A stretch of DNA of 64,000 bases from Candidatus Gorgyraea atricola (GCA_030765235.1 JAVCCW010000028.1:24744-88743), one strand, 5' to 3'; counted from the stretch's first letter, positions 55,453 to 64,000 are shown. Notes: a model not told the origin generated them from the sequence alone. Numbers and translations are program-made.

Positions 55453-56577
55453 ATGGCAAAAAAAATTCTATTTGTTTTTGGCACGCGCCCGGAGGTCATT
55501 AAGATGGCGCCTGTTATCGAGCTTGCGAGAGAGTCAGGGGTTGGGCTGGACCCCGTTGTTTGTGTTACAGGCCAGCATCGACATCTTTTGGATCAGGCAT
55601 TGACTGAATTTGATATCAAGCCAGATATCGACCTTGATCTGATGAGGACTGATCAGAGTTTAGATGGTATCGTATCCGGGGTTTTGCGCGGCATGCAAGA
55701 GGTCTATCATAAGGTCTGTCCTGAGGTTGTCTTAGTGCAGGGAGATACCTCTACGGTGTTTGCTGCAACCCTCGCCTGTTATTATAACGGCATAGATGTC
55801 GGACACATCGAGGCAGGGTTACGCTCCGGAGACAACCAGAATCCTTTTCCTGAGGAGGTAAACAGGCGGTTTGTCTCACTTATCGCGAAATATAATTTTT
55901 GCCCGACCCAGGATGCGAAGAAAAATTTATTAAAAGAGGCTGTGCGTCCTGAAAAGATATTTGTTACAGGCAATACAATAGTCGATGCGCTTGAGAGGAC
56001 CTTAAATATAATTGGTTCAAGACAGATGTCTATTAATGGAGTTGACCGGGAATTCCTGCAAAAGCCATTTGCCCTTATTACAGGACACAGAAGGGAAAAT
56101 TTTGATGGGGGCATGAAGGATATCTGCGAGGCCATCAAGTCTCTGGCAAAAAAACACAGCGCCTTTCACTGGCTGTGGTCAATGCATCTGAATCCAAATG
56201 CCAGGGATGTTGTTTTTAAAATCCTCGATGGTTTAGAAAACGTCAGATTAATAGAGCCTCCTCCGTATAGAGAGTTTGTATACCTGATGAACCGCTCTAG
56301 ATTTATTATCTCAGACTCTGGAGGCGTGCAGGAAGAGGCCCCGTCATTGGGAAAGACTGTGCTTGTAACCAGGGTGTGCACAGAGCGGCCAGAGGCCATT
56401 AAATCCGGCACGTCTATTTTAGTGGGCACAGACCCAGCCAGGATAACAAAAGAAGTAGATAGACTGCTGAAGGATAGAGGGCCTGCAAAGAAAACAAAAA
56501 ATCCTTTTGGCGACGGCCTGGCTGGGACAAGGATCATAGACATTATTACTAAAGGAAGCTATAAGGAATTTCGCTAA
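55453..56577 (+). CDS. wecB: UDP-N-acetylglucosamine 2-epimerase (non-hydrolysing)
   Basis: 374 aa. KILFVFGTRPEVIKMAPVI...VTGQHRHLLDQ...HIEAGLRS...GNTIVDAL...SDSGGVQEEAPSLGK. Confidence 0.85.
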   Translation: MAKKILFVFGTRPEVIKMAPVIELARESGVGLDPVVCVTGQHRHLLDQALTEFDIKPDIDLDLMRTDQSLDGIVSGVLRGMQEVYHKVCPEVVLVQGDTSTVFAATLACYYNGIDVGHIEAGLRSGDNQNPFPEEVNRRFVSLIAKYNFCPTQDAKKNLLKEAVRPEKIFVTGNTIVDALERTLNIIGSRQMSINGVDREFLQKPFALITGHRRENFDGGMKDICEAIKSLAKKHSAFHWLWSMHLNPNARDVVFKILDGLENVRLIEPPPYREFVYLMNRSRFIISDSGGVQEEAPSLGKTVLVTRVCTERPEAIKSGTSILVGTDPARITKEVDRLLKDRGPAKKTKNPFGDGLAGTRIIDIITKGSYKEFR

Positions 56578-57462
56578 ATGAAAACTAAATACGAGACAGT
56601 TTCGCAGTGTAATCTCTGCGAAAGCATTAAAAACAGGGTCGTTGATGAAAGGGGCCACATAGTGCAGTGTGAAAACTGCGGCCTGAGGTTTGTGAATTTG
56701 CGCCTGACCCAGGATGCCATCTCCACGGATTATGATCACAGCTATGTAAATATCCCTGGCTGGGGCAAGGTGGATGCAGAGGCGCAACTGATGTACAAAA
56801 GAAGAGCGGATTTTTTAAACAGGTTTATCCAGAGAGGCAGGATCCTGGACGTGGCTGCGGGTCTGGGAGAATTTTTATCACATGTTAAAAAGACAGGCAG
56901 GTGGGAGTGTCTTGGCACAGAGACATCGCGATACGCGATCGAGTTTATAAAAAAGGAATTTGGTATCGAACTTTCTTTCGGGCAGCTTGAAGGCTTGAGG
57001 TATCCGGATGGTTTTTTTGATGCGGTCTGTTTCTGGCATGCGCTGGAGCATATGCCGGACCCATCGATCGTAATAAAAGAGGCCTGGCGCATTTTAAAGG
57101 ATAATGGTTTTTTGTTCATTGCCGTGCCCAATGATTCATGGCTTGGCAGGAGGCATTTTTTTAAAAATGCGCTCAGAAAGGTCGTCAACCACATGCCATT
57201 AAAAAGAAAATTGAAAATAAAAAAGATGTATCCTGAGATTGACGAAGAAGGCAACAAACACCTTTTTTATTTTACGCCGCGGACCCTGACGAGATTACTG
57301 AAAAAATATGGTTTCAAGGTCAGGGCGCGTTCAGTGGATTATGATTACGGGAAGCCAGATCCTAAATTGGAAAGAAGATACAGATTTGATGTGCTATTTT
57401 GCCGTTTTACAGGGCTTAATATTTCTAACGCCATTTTAATCGCAGCGCAGAAGAAAAGTTAG
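56578..57462 (+). CDS. class I SAM methyltransferase with N-terminal zinc ribbon
   Basis: 294 aa. CNLCES...CENCG, then ILDVAAGLGEF...FDAVCFWHALEHMPDP. Confidence 0.6.
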   Translation: MKTKYETVSQCNLCESIKNRVVDERGHIVQCENCGLRFVNLRLTQDAISTDYDHSYVNIPGWGKVDAEAQLMYKRRADFLNRFIQRGRILDVAAGLGEFLSHVKKTGRWECLGTETSRYAIEFIKKEFGIELSFGQLEGLRYPDGFFDAVCFWHALEHMPDPSIVIKEAWRILKDNGFLFIAVPNDSWLGRRHFFKNALRKVVNHMPLKRKLKIKKMYPEIDEEGNKHLFYFTPRTLTRLLKKYGFKVRARSVDYDYGKPDPKLERRYRFDVLFCRFTGLNISNAILIAAQKKS

Positions 57463-57479
57463 GGAAGATATAAGGAGGA

Positions 57480-58523
57480 ATGATGAAGGTATTAGTGACA
57501 GGTGGGGCAGGGTTAGTCGGATCGCATACAGCAGAGTATTATTCAAAGAAGGGTGATGAGGTGATCGTACTGGATAATCTGATGCGCTCTAATCTATTCG
57601 GATACAATAAGGAGAGCGTGGAGTTTAACTGGAACTATCTGAGCCAGCTCGAAAACGTAAAGAGGATAAAAGGGGACATAAGAGAAGAAAAGGACGTGAT
57701 GAAGGCGCTGGGTGACGGCGTGGATGCAGTGATACATACTGCGGGCCAGCCAGGCGTGCCGCTTTCCATGAAGATCCCGAGAGAAGACTTTAGTATAAAC
57801 GCCTATGGCACGCTTAATGTCCTTGAATGTCTCAGGCAGGTCTCGCCAAAGGCTGCGTTTGTGTATTGCTCCACAAATAAGATCTACGGAGAGAATGTGG
57901 ACAGCATTACACTGGAAGAAGAAGAGACAAGATATAGGTATAAAACTAAAAAAGGTGTTCCTGAGACACTGTCTGTGGACCTGACTGGCCATACGCCTTA
58001 TGGCGCTTCGAAATATACAGGCGATATCTATACGCAGGAATACGGACATATCTACGGCATGAAGACAGCAGTGTTTCGCATGTCATGTATCTATGGCACA
58101 AGGCAGTTTGGTTTTGAGGATCAGGGCTGGGTAGCATGGTTTGTCATAGCGAATCTGACAGGCCAGCCCATCATTGTCTACGGCGACGGAAAACAGGTAA
58201 GGGACTTACTGTACGTGGATGATCTAGTAGAGGCCTATGACAAGTTCATACACGGCGAGGCAATGCATGACGTGTTTAATATTGGCGGCGGGCCAAGGAA
58301 CACTACCTCGCTCCTGGAGTTTATAGCATTGATAGAAAAGAAAACAGGCATCAAGTTCAGGAAAATAGATCACAAGGAGTGGCGGCCAAGTGACCAGAAG
58401 GTATACATCTCTGACATCGGCAAGGTCTCAAAGTCACTCACCTGGAAACCAAAGCATACACCCGAGAAAGGCCTGGAAAAACTGATCGAATGGGTTGGCA
58501 GTAACACAAAATACTTTATTTAA
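57480..58523 (+). CDS. NAD-dependent nucleotide-sugar epimerase/dehydratase (extended SDR)
   Basis: 347 aa. MKVLVTGGAGLVGSH, the catalytic YGASKYTGD, and NIGGGPRNTTSL. Confidence 0.8.
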   Translation: MMKVLVTGGAGLVGSHTAEYYSKKGDEVIVLDNLMRSNLFGYNKESVEFNWNYLSQLENVKRIKGDIREEKDVMKALGDGVDAVIHTAGQPGVPLSMKIPREDFSINAYGTLNVLECLRQVSPKAAFVYCSTNKIYGENVDSITLEEEETRYRYKTKKGVPETLSVDLTGHTPYGASKYTGDIYTQEYGHIYGMKTAVFRMSCIYGTRQFGFEDQGWVAWFVIANLTGQPIIVYGDGKQVRDLLYVDDLVEAYDKFIHGEAMHDVFNIGGGPRNTTSLLEFIALIEKKTGIKFRKIDHKEWRPSDQKVYISDIGKVSKSLTWKPKHTPEKGLEKLIEWVGSNTKYFI

Positions 58524-58526
58524 TAA

Positions 58527-58656
58527 CACGGAGGTTGCGGAATGTTACGGAATGTTAGAGAAGGTTACGGAAGGTTACAAGAGGCGATGGATTTCAGCGC
58601 TTTTAGTGTAACATTCCGCAACCTTCCGAAACATTCCGCAACCTTATGTAACATCC
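58527..58656. repeat. about 130-nt imperfect palindrome built from GGTTGCGGAATGTT/ACGGAA units between the epimerase and gmhB
   Basis: ggaggttgcggaatgttacggaatgttagagaaggttacggaaggttaca ... tgtaacattccgcaaccttccgaaacattccgcaaccttatgtaacat. Confidence 0.6.
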
Positions 58657-58672
58657 AAGGATATTCCATATC

Positions 58673-59227
58673 ATGATTAAAGCTATATTTCTAGATAGGG
58701 ATGGTGTCATAAATAGGGATCCTGGCGGTGGCGATTATATAAAGTCATGGAAGGAGTTTGAGTTCTGGCCAGGCTCTATCGAGGCCATAAAAAAACTAAA
58801 TGAAAAAGGCTATGAGATCTTTGTGATATCCAACCAGGCAGGAGTAGGCAGGGGGATCTATTCGCAGGCTTCGCTTGATGAGATCACAAAAAATATGCTG
58901 AGCGAGATTGAAAAACAGGGAGGCAGAATAAAGTCTGTCAATTATTGCACGCATAAGCCGGATGCTGGCTGCGAATGCAGAAAGCCAAAGACCGGTACGA
59001 TAAAGAAAGCTACGAAAGGACTTGATATAGATTTTAAAAATACATATTTTATAGGCGACTCGCACCCTGATGTGGGCGCTGGGAAAGGCATGGGGTGCAA
59101 GACCATACTTTTATTGACAGGGAAAGAGAATTTAGACGATGTCAAGAATTGGGTGCTTAAGCCTGATCTCATAAAGAGAGATTTAAAGGAGGCAGTTGAA
59201 TGGATATTAAAGCAAGAGCGAGGATAA
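58673..59227 (+). CDS. gmhB: D-glycero-beta-D-manno-heptose-1,7-bisphosphate 7-phosphatase
   Basis: 184 aa HAD-IIIA. IFLDRDGVIN, and the zinc-binding CTHKPDAGCECRKPKTG typical of GmhB. Confidence 0.8.
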   Translation: MIKAIFLDRDGVINRDPGGGDYIKSWKEFEFWPGSIEAIKKLNEKGYEIFVISNQAGVGRGIYSQASLDEITKNMLSEIEKQGGRIKSVNYCTHKPDAGCECRKPKTGTIKKATKGLDIDFKNTYFIGDSHPDVGAGKGMGCKTILLLTGKENLDDVKNWVLKPDLIKRDLKEAVEWILKQERG

Positions 59228-59367
59228 TAGGAGAGCTTTTTAAGTTTTTGTGGGAGAGAAAATTATGGTGGATGATCCCGATAGTGATGGTGCTTTTGCT
59301 ATTTGGGCTTTTGATATTTTTCACACAATCATCAGCTGTAGCCCCGTTTATTTATACACTATTTTGA
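59200..59367 (+). CDS. small single-TM membrane protein (55 aa) below the ORF-track size cutoff; from memory it resembles the DUF5989-type small proteins ending FIYTLF
   Basis: The ATG at 59200 gives MDIKARARIIGELFKFLWERKLWWMIPIVMVLLLFGLLIFFTQSSAVAPFIYTLF: an amphipathic, basic N-terminus, then a W-W-x-I-P-I motif and one hydrophobic helix. Overlaps the gmhB 3' end by 28 nt. The stop lies 1 nt before the next ATG. Confidence 0.4.
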   Translation: MDIKARARIIGELFKFLWERKLWWMIPIVMVLLLFGLLIFFTQSSAVAPFIYTLF

Positions 59368-59368
59368 T

Positions 59369-60490
59369 ATGAAAATATTAGTTGCGCACGCATATGCGGG
59401 AATTGGACACAAGAAGGCAGCAGAGGCAATAGGAAAGGCCTTGCTGGATTCTGGAGCCCATGTCGAGGTCGTAGATACGCTGGACTATACGAATGCATTT
59501 TTCAAGTTTTCGTACCCCAGGGTTTATCTATTTCTTATAAACAGGGCGCCCTTTTTATGGGGGTGCCTGTATTATTTCTTTGATCTCAGATCAGTGGATT
59601 TCTTTTGTGCTCCGGTAAGAAGATTTTTTCATGATCTTCAGGCAGCCAGATTCAAGAGGTTTGTTATTGAAAAAAAACCAGATGTTATAGTCTGCACACA
59701 TTTTCTTCCCGCGGAAGTAGTTTCTGCGTTAAAGAAAAAAAATCTTTTTAACGGCAGGCTTGTAACAGTCATTACGGATTTTTTGCCTCATTCTTTTTGG
59801 TTGGCTAGACGATCAGATTATTTTATAGGCGCGCTAGAAAAGACAAAAAAAGGACTCGTAAGGCGCGGGATAGAGGAGGCCCGTATAAAGATCTTCGGTA
59901 TCCCCACTGACCCTGTATTTAGTATTTCAAAAGGCCGCAAGACCCTGATAGAAAAACTGGGCCTGAAAGAAAATTGTTTTAATCTCCTTATTATGGGCGG
60001 CGGATTTGGAACAGGCCCGGTAAAAGAAATAGTCAATGCTATTTCTGAGCTGGAATCAGGGATAAAGAATGGTTTACAGATAATAATCATATGCGGAAAA
60101 AATAAGGCCTTGCTTGAAGATTTAAATAAGATAGGAACGAGTTCAGGGATTAAGTTGAGCGCCTTTGGCTATATGAATAATGTTGATGAGTTCATGGAGG
60201 CGAGTGATTTGATAATAACAAAGTCAGGCGGACTAACTGTCTCAGAGTCGCTTTCAAAGAAATTACCCATGATTATAATACAGCCAATACCTGGTCAGGA
60301 GACAGGAAACTGTAAAGTCCTTGAGGGCTATGGCGTGGCAGTGCGCGCAAATACAGTAGGTCAGATCGTGGATCATGTAAAGTGTTTCGTAGCTGCTCCT
60401 GAGAAGATAATCGACATGAAGGCCAGGATAAATCTATTGGCATATCCTGATGCTGCAAAGGATATAGCGGATCTGGTGGTGAAAATATGA
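59369..60490 (+). CDS. GT28-family glycosyltransferase (MGDG synthase/UgtP-like diacylglycerol glycosyltransferase)
   Basis: 373 aa. MKILVAHAYAGIGHKKAAEAI and VITDFLPHSFW align with UgtP (ANYGNGHVQVA, MTDFCLHKIWV) regions. C-terminal GT-B motifs. Confidence 0.7.
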   Translation: MKILVAHAYAGIGHKKAAEAIGKALLDSGAHVEVVDTLDYTNAFFKFSYPRVYLFLINRAPFLWGCLYYFFDLRSVDFFCAPVRRFFHDLQAARFKRFVIEKKPDVIVCTHFLPAEVVSALKKKNLFNGRLVTVITDFLPHSFWLARRSDYFIGALEKTKKGLVRRGIEEARIKIFGIPTDPVFSISKGRKTLIEKLGLKENCFNLLIMGGGFGTGPVKEIVNAISELESGIKNGLQIIIICGKNKALLEDLNKIGTSSGIKLSAFGYMNNVDEFMEASDLIITKSGGLTVSESLSKKLPMIIIQPIPGQETGNCKVLEGYGVAVRANTVGQIVDHVKCFVAAPEKIIDMKARINLLAYPDAAKDIADLVVKI

Positions 60491-61191
60491 AAATAGATCT
60501 AGTGAAAAAATTACCAAGAAAGGTTTCAATGCTTGTTGAGACCTTGGGGAAGATCGCTGATGAAGAAGGGGTGCGCGTTTATATGGTTGGCGGCCCTGTA
60601 CGGGATCTATTGCTCAACGTATCGAATTACGACCTGGATTTTGTCGTAGAGACAGATGCCATAAAATTCAGCGAGGTCTTGAATAAGACCTTGAAGGGCG
60701 CACTGACTGTCCATAAGGCCTTTGGTACAGCTACCGTCGCGCGTAAAGATCTCAGGATAGACATAGTGACTGCGAGAAGAGAATCCTATGAACATCCTGC
60801 TGCCTATCCTGATGTAGAGCCAGCTACGATAAAAGAGGATCTATTCAGAAGAGATTTTACTATAAACGCCATGGCTATAATTATCAATAAGAGGAATTTC
60901 GGAGAGCTGGCTGATCTTTATGGCGGCTTGGGAGATCTAAAAAAAGGTATTGTAAGGGTTATGCACGATAAAAGTTTTATGGATGACCCTACGCGCATAT
61001 TCAGGGCTGTCAGATTTTCTACCAGATTAAATTTTAAGATAGAATCACATACAAAAGGCCTGATGAAAGAGGCAGTAGCAGCTGGTTTCTTAGGAGAAGT
61101 GAATCGTGGAAGGATCAAGAAAGAGATGGAATTGTTTCTAAAAGAAAAAAATGCGTTAAAATGCCTGGAGACATTTTCCAGATTGATTTAG
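60487..61191 (+). CDS. CCA-adding enzyme/poly(A) polymerase-family nucleotidyltransferase, head+neck domains only (234 aa)
   Basis: VRVYMVGGPVRDLLLNVSNYDLDFVV (GG.VRD, DxD), RRDFTINAMA, and RIFRAVRFSTRLNF. Collinear with the N-terminal half of class II CCA enzymes. Ends before the body/tail domains. Confidence 0.7.
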   Translation: MKIDLVKKLPRKVSMLVETLGKIADEEGVRVYMVGGPVRDLLLNVSNYDLDFVVETDAIKFSEVLNKTLKGALTVHKAFGTATVARKDLRIDIVTARRESYEHPAAYPDVEPATIKEDLFRRDFTINAMAIIINKRNFGELADLYGGLGDLKKGIVRVMHDKSFMDDPTRIFRAVRFSTRLNFKIESHTKGLMKEAVAAGFLGEVNRGRIKKEMELFLKEKNALKCLETFSRLI

Positions 61192-61203
61192 GGAGGGTAG
61201 GAT

Positions 61204-61557
61204 ATGGGTGTGAGGACGGACAGGGTGCGAAAGCAGTTAATGAAAGAGCTCTCTATGATATTGCAGGAGGAGCTAAAGGATCCGCGCATAGGCTTTGTCA
61301 CGATCACAAGGATCGATCTTACTGGCGACCTGAGATATGCAAAGATCTATTTTAGCGTGCTTGGTGATGAATCAAAAAAAGAAGCCAGTCTCGAGGGGAT
61401 CGAGAGTGCGGCAGGCTATATCCGCAGGCTTATCGGAGAAAAGTTAAAGCTAAAATACGTGCCAGAGCTTTCATTCAGACTCGATAAATCAGCTGAATAC
61501 AGCCTAGAACTTGAAAAAACATTTGAGAGGTTAAGAGATGAACGCAAAATCGATTAA
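61204..61557 (+). CDS. rbfA: ribosome-binding factor A
   Basis: 117 aa. RVRKQLMKELSMILQEELKDPRIGFVTITRIDLTGDLRYAKIYFSV. Confidence 0.85.
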   Translation: MGVRTDRVRKQLMKELSMILQEELKDPRIGFVTITRIDLTGDLRYAKIYFSVLGDESKKEASLEGIESAAGYIRRLIGEKLKLKYVPELSFRLDKSAEYSLELEKTFERLRDERKID

Positions 61558-62497
61558 AAAAATTATAACAAAATTTGACACATTTTTTATTTCAGCCCAC
61601 ATAAATCCTGAAGGCGATTCTGTGGGGAGCCAGATTGCCCTCGCGTCTTTATTGAAGAGGCTAGGGAAAAAGGTCATGATCGTAAACGAAAGCCCTGTAC
61701 CGCATATATTGCGATTCATGAATGGCGTAGATGGCATTTTAAAAGAATTACCTCGCAATGCTGATTTTCAAGCAGCAGTTATTCTGGATTGTCCGGACAT
61801 GAGCCGTCTTGGAAAGGTTGCAGAGTGTGTAACAAAGGACAAGGTAGTCATAAACATAGACCATCACATCTCAAACGAGAATTTTGGCCAGCATAACTGG
61901 GTGGATGCAAAGACATCGAGCGCGGGCGAGATGGTGTTTGAACTATTTAAAGAATTTAAATTAAAGATAGAATATGATGAGGCTGTAGCTATGTATGTGG
62001 CGATTATGACAGATACAGGTTCGTTTAAGTATACCAATACATCTTCAAAGACTCACAGGATAGTAGCGGAACTGATGGATACAGGCGTGGAGCCTTATGA
62101 TATATATAGCAGGATCTACGAGACGAGCAGTCTTCAGAATACGAGTTTATTAGGTTCTGCGCTTCAGACACTGAAGGTGTCAGAGGATGGAAAGATCGCG
62201 TGGCTCTGGGTTACAAAGGAGATGCTCAAGAATACAAAGGCGTCGCTGGAAGGCACAGAAGGCATAATAAATTTTGCGCGTTCCATAGATGGCGTAGAGA
62301 TCGCGGCATTTTTCAGAGAAACAGGCACAGAAAACAGGATAAAAGTAAGCTTCCGCTCCAAAGGCAAGGCAGATGTAAATAAGCTTGCTTCATTTTTCAA
62401 TGGCGGCGGTCACGCCACAGCAAGCGGATGTACTGTCTTTGGTAAGATGGAAGAAGTAGAGAAGAAGGTCTTAGACAAGGCACGTAGCTTGCTTTAG
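61538..62497 (+). CDS. nrnA: DHH-family phosphoesterase NrnA (oligoribonuclease / pAp phosphatase)
   Basis: 319 aa. AHINPEGDSVGS, ILDCPD, and INIDHHISN DHH motifs, plus a DHHA1 C-terminal domain GGGHATASG. Sits in the canonical rbfA-nrnA-truB position. Confidence 0.8.
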   Translation: MNAKSIKKIITKFDTFFISAHINPEGDSVGSQIALASLLKRLGKKVMIVNESPVPHILRFMNGVDGILKELPRNADFQAAVILDCPDMSRLGKVAECVTKDKVVINIDHHISNENFGQHNWVDAKTSSAGEMVFELFKEFKLKIEYDEAVAMYVAIMTDTGSFKYTNTSSKTHRIVAELMDTGVEPYDIYSRIYETSSLQNTSLLGSALQTLKVSEDGKIAWLWVTKEMLKNTKASLEGTEGIINFARSIDGVEIAAFFRETGTENRIKVSFRSKGKADVNKLASFFNGGGHATASGCTVFGKMEEVEKKVLDKARSLL

Positions 62498-62510
62498 TAC
62501 ATATGTGGAT

Positions 62511-62628
62511 AATCGCGGAACTCACTCGGAAGACGCAGAACTACGCTGAAACGAGGTTTTAATCTTCTGTGTAATTCCGCGTCCGTTCCGAGCAAAGCGA
62601 GGAACGGCTTCAGCGTATTTCAGCGATA
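62511..62628. repeat. expanded copy of the aatcgcggaac...ttcagcgat palindromic element in the nrnA-truB spacer
   Basis: aatcgcggaactcactcggaagacgcagaactacgctgaaacg...gtaattccgcg...ccgttccgagcaaagcgaggaacgg...cttcagcgtatttcagcgat. The termini match 21103-21134. Contains several internal hairpins. Confidence 0.65.
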
Positions 62629-62631
62629 TAT

Positions 62632-63282
62632 ATGGATGGTATCTTAGTCGTAGACAAACCCAAGGGTATGACGTCGCATGATGTGGTGGATGTTGTAAGG
62701 CGAAGATTTGGGATGAGGCGTGTTGGTCATGCAGGTACGCTTGATCCAATGGCTACGGGTGTGCTTGTGATGCTGGTAGGTCGCGCCACAAAGTTGGCAG
62801 GTACATTTTTAAGGGATGACAAGGAATATGTCGCCACACTTTTTTTTGGAAGATCTACAGATACGCAGGATAGCACTGGCAAGGTTATCGAAGAAAAAGA
62901 TGTAAATGGTTTGGACATTGATGCTGTAAAAAAGGCGCTGGAGAGTTTCAAAGGAAACATGGAGCAGATACCGCCAATGGTCTCTGCAAAAAAATATAAA
63001 GGCAAGAAATTATATCAGCTCGCGCGTAAAGGCAAGACCGTTCCGAGGAAACCCTGCCCCATAACGATACACGAGATAGAACTTGTGGAATTTAATATGC
63101 CTGAGGCTATTTTTCGCGTGAAGTGTTCAAAAGGCACATACGTAAGGACATTGTGCGAAGATATAGGCAGGTCATTAGGTTATCCTGCGCACATGTCAGC
63201 GCTTAAAAGGACCAGGTCAGGAAAATTTTCCTTGCAAGAGGCTTGCCCCCTGGACCATATCAATGAAAAAGACATCCAATAA
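62632..63282 (+). CDS. truB: tRNA pseudouridine(55) synthase
   Basis: 216 aa. ILVVDKPKGMTSHDVV...GHAGTLDPMATGVLVMLVGRATK carries the catalytic Asp motif. Confidence 0.85.
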   Translation: MDGILVVDKPKGMTSHDVVDVVRRRFGMRRVGHAGTLDPMATGVLVMLVGRATKLAGTFLRDDKEYVATLFFGRSTDTQDSTGKVIEEKDVNGLDIDAVKKALESFKGNMEQIPPMVSAKKYKGKKLYQLARKGKTVPRKPCPITIHEIELVEFNMPEAIFRVKCSKGTYVRTLCEDIGRSLGYPAHMSALKRTRSGKFSLQEACPLDHINEKDIQ

Positions 63283-64000
63283 AAAGTTACGAGGAGCGAA
63301 GCGACGAGCTAACTTTGTAGCTGCCATAGGCATCTTTGACGGTGTTCATCGTGGCCACCAGAAGATCTTAAAAAAGCTTACTAAAGAAGCATCTCGCAAC
63401 AACGCTAGCAGTCTTCTTATAACATTTGACCCGCACCCTCGCAATATCCTTAAATCAAAGATCCCGCTTTTGATCTCGTTAAAACACAGACTTACATTGA
63501 TAAAAGATTTTGGCGTAGATTCTCTTAGAGTTATAAGATTTACAGGAAAGCTCTCGCGACTTTCCGGAGAAGAGTTTATAACTAAAATTTTAATGCGCAG
63601 ATTTAAAATAGATATTCTTGTCGTGGGAGAAAATTTTAGATTTGGCTACAAGGGTAGAGGTACTGCTGGACTCTTAAAAAGATACGGCTTTAAGGTATTC
63701 GAGGTCAAGACCCTTAGATCAAAAGGCCATTCTGTTTCCAGCACAAGGATACGCCAGAAAATTGAAAAAGGAGACTTAAGGAATGCATCGCTTATGTTGG
63801 GCAGGCCTGTCACAGTCCTTGGTACTGTGGTAAGAGGCAGACGCGTTGGAAGAAGGCTTGGATTTCCAACGGCAAATATCGATCCGCATCACGAGGCGAT
63901 TCCGCCGAGCGGAGTTTATAGCGTAGATGCAAAGATCTCCAACAGGATCTACAAAGGTATTTTGAATATTGGCACCAGGCCCACATTTGGTTTACCCCGT
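63263..64000 (+). CDS. ribF: bifunctional riboflavin kinase/FAD synthetase, 3' end outside window
   Basis: Not in the ORF track because it has no stop in the window. The ATG at 63263 gives MKKTSNKKLRGAKRRANFVAAIGIFDGVHRGHQKILKKL...LITFDPHP. Later GRPVTVLGTVVRGRRVGRRLGFPTANID is the riboflavin-kinase motif. Overlaps the truB end by 20 nt. Confidence 0.8.
   Translation, partial: MKKTSNKKLRGAKRRANFVAAIGIFDGVHRGHQKILKKLTKEASRNNASSLLITFDPHPRNILKSKIPLLISLKHRLTLIKDFGVDSLRVIRFTGKLSRLSGEEFITKILMRRFKIDILVVGENFRFGYKGRGTAGLLKRYGFKVFEVKTLRSKGHSVSSTRIRQKIEKGDLRNASLMLGRPVTVLGTVVRGRRVGRRLGFPTANIDPHHEAIPPSGVYSVDAKISNRIYKGILNIGTRPTFGLPR

Noticed and set aside
59265-59378. Alternative-frame 37-aa ORF (MVDDPDSDGAF...) with a GGGAGAG RBS
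   Set aside because: It has no membrane or folded-protein character and runs into the next gene. The frame giving the single-TM peptide ending FIYTLF is more protein-like and uses a conventional stop.

Overview
The window is a 64-kb stretch from a diderm (LPS-making), probably anaerobic bacterium, moderately AT-rich, with every confident gene except one on the + strand. I cannot name the lineage from sequence alone. I found no rRNA, tRNA or CRISPR.

Gene content in order:
- rsmD (5' partial), coaD, pta, ackA.
- A complete fatty-acid/phospholipid operon: yceD-rpmF-plsX-fabH-fabD-fabF-fabG-acpP-fabF2.
- A 6-kb gene for a 2003-aa secreted subtilase (S8) carrying two beta-helix modules, PKD/Ig domains and a dockerin, driven by a consensus sigma70 promoter.
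- A lone AAA/DUF4143 ATPase.
- A full type II secretion locus, gspE-F-G-(H/I)-(J)-K-L-M-[merR-like]-gspA-gspB-like-gspD. The secretin has a C-terminal Lys-rich linker and a TonB-C-like domain.
- acyl-CoA dehydrogenase with etfB and a ferredoxin-fused etfA.
- smc, with a convergent GAF-GGDEF diguanylate cyclase (the only minus-strand gene).
- A roughly 23-kb envelope-glycan/LPS locus. It contains an SGNH hydrolase, a cupin, two DegT aminotransferases, an ArnC-like GT2, a B12-radical-SAM enzyme, a GT9 heptosyltransferase, five SAM methyltransferases, a CgeB-like GT, an ArnT/PMT-like membrane GT, three more GT2s, a TagF-like glycerophosphotransferase, a LicC-like cytidylyltransferase, an outer-membrane barrel, a GlpT-like MFS transporter, wecB, an SDR epimerase, gmhB and a GT28.
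- A truncated CCA-family nucleotidyltransferase, then rbfA-nrnA-truB-ribF (3' partial).

The most unusual signal is a repeat family: a hairpin-forming mini-element flanked by GGGACAA heptamers, open in all three sense frames. It sits intergenically after rpmF, in-frame inside fabD, in-frame (in a different frame) inside etfB, and as a bare 4x heptamer array inside the GT9 gene. This resembles Rickettsia-palindromic-element (RPE) behaviour.

Several other palindromic intergenic element families are also present, along with long composite palindromes at gene junctions.
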